DNA of 64,000 bases, from positions 1 to 64,000 of the forward strand of contig CBFDEM010000052.1 of assembly GCA_965603825.1 (NCBI GenBank), given 5' to 3'. The notes below the pieces were generated by a model. That model did no database searches. It was not told the origin of the DNA and was given only the letters and a program-made list of their open reading frames with translations. The stretch's first letter is position 1, and each line of letters starts with the position of its first letter. Position numbers and translations under genes: made by a program. This document shows positions 60,890 through 64,000 of the stretch, one piece after another. The stretch comes from Blepharisma stoltei ATCC 30299. Lineage: Eukaryota > Protista > Ciliophora.

Positions 60890-61608
60890 ATTTTAAGCTA
60901 TTTTCATAAATTAAGCATAAAAATGTTTTTAGCGAGGATAATAAATCCCTTGCTCTTATTAAATTATTTAATATGCTTCATTAATAAAAATCATGATAGA
61001 GGTGAATCTATTTATAGAAGAATAATTATTAAAATGAATCTAATAAAATACGTTGGAAATATATATCCATTTATATGATAAAATAAGCTCCGAAATAAAT
61101 ATGCTAATTAGAATAGGCTGCTTTGCATAGTATTGAGCAATATTTGAATAAAAATTTGTAAAATGAGTCAAGTAAAATATCAAATTCCAGCTTAAAACTT
61201 TTAGTATTTATGAATAAATATCTTTTTCATATTCAGATTTTCAATAAAATTAGTTTTAAGAAATTTTGAATTTTTCATATAATTCTTGTTTTTATAAAAT
61301 ATTTATATATAAATATTTTTGAACTCTCTATGATCGTGAATTCCAAATACAGCTATTAATCTCTTAGCCTGTTTTAATTAATAATTAATAATATGATTGA
61401 AAATATAAGGAGTATAATTAATAATTTATTTCAGAAATTAAAATTTATAAGTAAGCTAGCTTTATATCAAGAAAAATATAATCTTAGCTTTTATATTTAA
61501 GCGTTTTTAACCAAAAACTAAATCTTTCAATTATGAATATTATTTTATTGATCTAAATAGTACCTGCTAATTTTAATTATTTTCTTCTTGCCTTTTTTCT
61601 TTATCTCT

Positions 61609-62241
61609 TTAAACTTTTGCATTAGATTGAGCTTCAAGTTCTGCCTTTTTTTGCTCTTTTACACAGTTTTCCGAATCCTTTTCCATTTCTTTTAACTCAT
61701 CATAATTTAGTTTGATCATCTTAAAAATCTTAAAAATCATTCCTGGAGCACATATACAGCAGCTTACTAAGCAGCAAACTAGTCCGATACTAACATAATC
61801 AACAATCAATATTGCCAAAGTTAAAGCCCAGCCGTTATAAAACTTGTCATAGCAGTCATCACTTTCAAACTCCCATACACTCCCAACGATCATTCATGCA
61901 AAGTTTAAGAAAGCCCCAGGCATGAAAATATAACTAAACATGAATTTTCGGATTTTTTCACTAATTTTCTTTATTTGTGATATAGAGTAAATTACTATAA
62001 GAAAAACATTAGCAACTGCTCTTACAATAAGTCATTGTCTATTTATAAACTACCTAATCGGCTTATCACAAGAGCCATCATCAATTCCTAAGACTATTGC
62101 AATTGCAATTATCTGAATAAAAAATACAAAAGAAAAATTGACTATCAAGGTGAATAAAATGTTTAAAACGAGAGATGAATTGCTAAGATTTTCTTTTCCT
62201 CTGTGTCTTTTTAGTTCGAACTCTGATTTCTTGTCTTCCAT
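61609..62241 (-). CDS. 4-TM membrane protein with Cys-rich juxtamembrane segment (~205 aa; 15-nt intron 62039-62053)
   Basis: Intron GTAGTTTATAAATAG removal plus two TGA=Trp join the two track ORFs: CDKPIRQWLIV..FAWMIVGSVW..LVCCLVSCCIC. Confidence 0.85.
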
Positions 62242-63580
62242 ATTTTAAGTTATTTTGATAAATTAAGCACTTGCTCTTATTAAAATTATTAAATATGTTT
62301 CATTAATAAAAATCATGATAGAGCTGAATTTATTTTATAAAAGAATAAATATTAAAATGAATCTAATAAAATATGCTAGAATGCTTATACTCATTTATAT
62401 AATAAAAAAGCTGTGGAAATAATAAGCTATTTAGAATAGCCTAAATAAGCAGGCCTTGCATAAAGCAAAAAAATTAAGCAAGGGTCATGAGAGACCCTTA
62501 ACAGCCCATATGAACGTTTTGTGTGATAGAAAGATAAGCAATGCTCACAAATTTGATTTACTATAAAACCACTTTATTTTAATTATTTATTTATGGTTTC
62601 TGAACTAGCAATTATGGGTTTTTATGCTACATTAGTCTTTTGAATATCATTTTTATTATTTTTATAGTAAAATCACTTGGCAATTTAGCTTTTTGATATG
62701 AGCACATGATGTCGACGGAAAATAATAAATCGTCTATCACATTTCGCTGAGCTGTCTGGTATTCAAAATTCTTGAGATAGAGGAGTGCATTCAATCGACA
62801 TAAAATTAACTATTAAAAATTTAAGAATTTTATACAAGAAGTTTAATTAAGGCTCTCGGGCCAATTTCTATATCTCAGATACGTCATAGGATGACAGAAG
62901 AATAAAATTTCTTAAATGTGCATAAATTATTAATAAATATTCTTATTTGGCGTATGATTTAATTATTAATTTGAAAGTATTTTACAAAAATGCTGCAGAA
63001 TGGGATTGGTGAAGAAGTTAATGAAACAATATTAATTTTTGATTTTTTACTATTTGCTGGAAAGAGATACTCCTGATATATGCTATTGCTTCTTTTTTGC
63101 TATTATATTTTATGTTTTATTATCAGTAATAGAATGACCAAAACGAAGCATCAAATGAAACTAAGCAGGATTTTCATTTATCTCCAAGCTTTTCCAAGAT
63201 AAAATCTCTTTTATTTAAACTCTTTATTGTGATTAAAAAGGTAAATGCAAATTTCCCTGATATTTCCTCGGTTTCTTCACAATAATCATCATTTGTTATC
63301 CGGAATCATTACATTTATAAAGCCTTAAAATTTTGAATCTTTGGTGCATTCTCAGCATAATGCCCTATGATGACCTAATCTTTAGAAATTCTCATAGAAT
63401 CTGAAAAAAATTCTTTGGCTATCTTTATTATTTATTAGTTGAAGCTGGAGGTCTTGCCCACCAAAAATCTTAAAATTTATATGGAATTTTATATTAATAA
63501 AAATAAAAGCTCAACGAAAATAATTCAGCAAGAGCATAAGAAAAATTATTGATAGAGGATTTTATGCTAATTCAAAAAAA

Positions 63581-64000
63581 TTAATTATAGTGAAGTTTTC
63601 TCTTCAAAGAATATATCTTGCTATGGCATCTTCCAAGCTGATACACTTTTTGGTGCTTTGAATATAATTTTTCAAGGCTGCTTCTAAATTCCTCGAGAGA
63701 TGAATCCCAACTTTCAGCTCAATTCAAAAAGATCATCTGAGATTCACTAATTCCGACTAAAAATAAGCAGAAAATTTCTGTTTCAAGCTGTGCTCCTCCT
63801 TCATCAGATGACTTTAAAGGCCTTTTTTTCGACTTTCCTGGCACACCTTTTCAGAGCTGAATTCCGTGGGTTGGTGTTTTTTTTGTATATATCATACAAA
63901 CCAGGCTCCATTTTTCTTATGTGATGTGCAAGCTCATGCAAGAAAATTACTTTTTGGGCACAAAGGCTTATTGGCTGAATATTGTTATATTTTGAGTTAA
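63581..64000 (-). CDS. 3' part of an HEXXH (zincin-like) protein, frameshifted at an A8 run; runs off the window
   Basis: [13 protein letters not shown] (63938-63924), then after a 1-nt shift at 63877-63884, [17 protein letters not shown] to TAA 63581. Missed by the ORF track. Confidence 0.6.

Larger units (their letters stand above)
59917..62460. repeat. Tandem segmental duplication, ~1.34-kb period (copies ~59917-61130 and ~61260-62460)
   Basis: Colinear coding and flanking sequence; e.g. TCGTGAATTCCAAATAC, AATCTTTCAATTATGAATATT and CATTAATAAAAATCATGATAGA each occur twice. Confidence 0.92.

Overview
This is the left end of a ciliate somatic (macronuclear, MAC) chromosome, most likely from a Blepharisma-type heterotrich. 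Three things point there: a (CCCTAACA)n telomere, UGA read as Trp with only UAA/UAG as stops, and 15-nt GT..AG introns. The supplied ORF track uses the standard code and fragments many genes, so I re-joined them through in-frame TGA. The window opens with a 3.65-kb telomere and a gene-poor subtelomere. Next come kelch-family genes (one a pseudogene) and two ~1430-aa paralogous type-I membrane proteins. A single, very compact 18S-5.8S-28S rDNA unit then sits among protein genes. A dense housekeeping block follows: alpha-MPP, VPS11, RING/B-box, sideroflexin, PTPDC1-like, DNAJB12-like, AP-1 sigma, TyrRS and aminopeptidase P. The window ends with a decayed rve-type integrase, a 1.34-kb tandem duplication (gene plus pseudogene) and a partial HEXXH protein. 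The best leads are a secreted papain-fold protein with a silicatein-like Cys-to-Ser catalytic swap, the chromosome-embedded rDNA, the integrase relic, bimodal UGA-Trp usage and the long telomere. Family assignments come from motif recognition by eye, not database searches.
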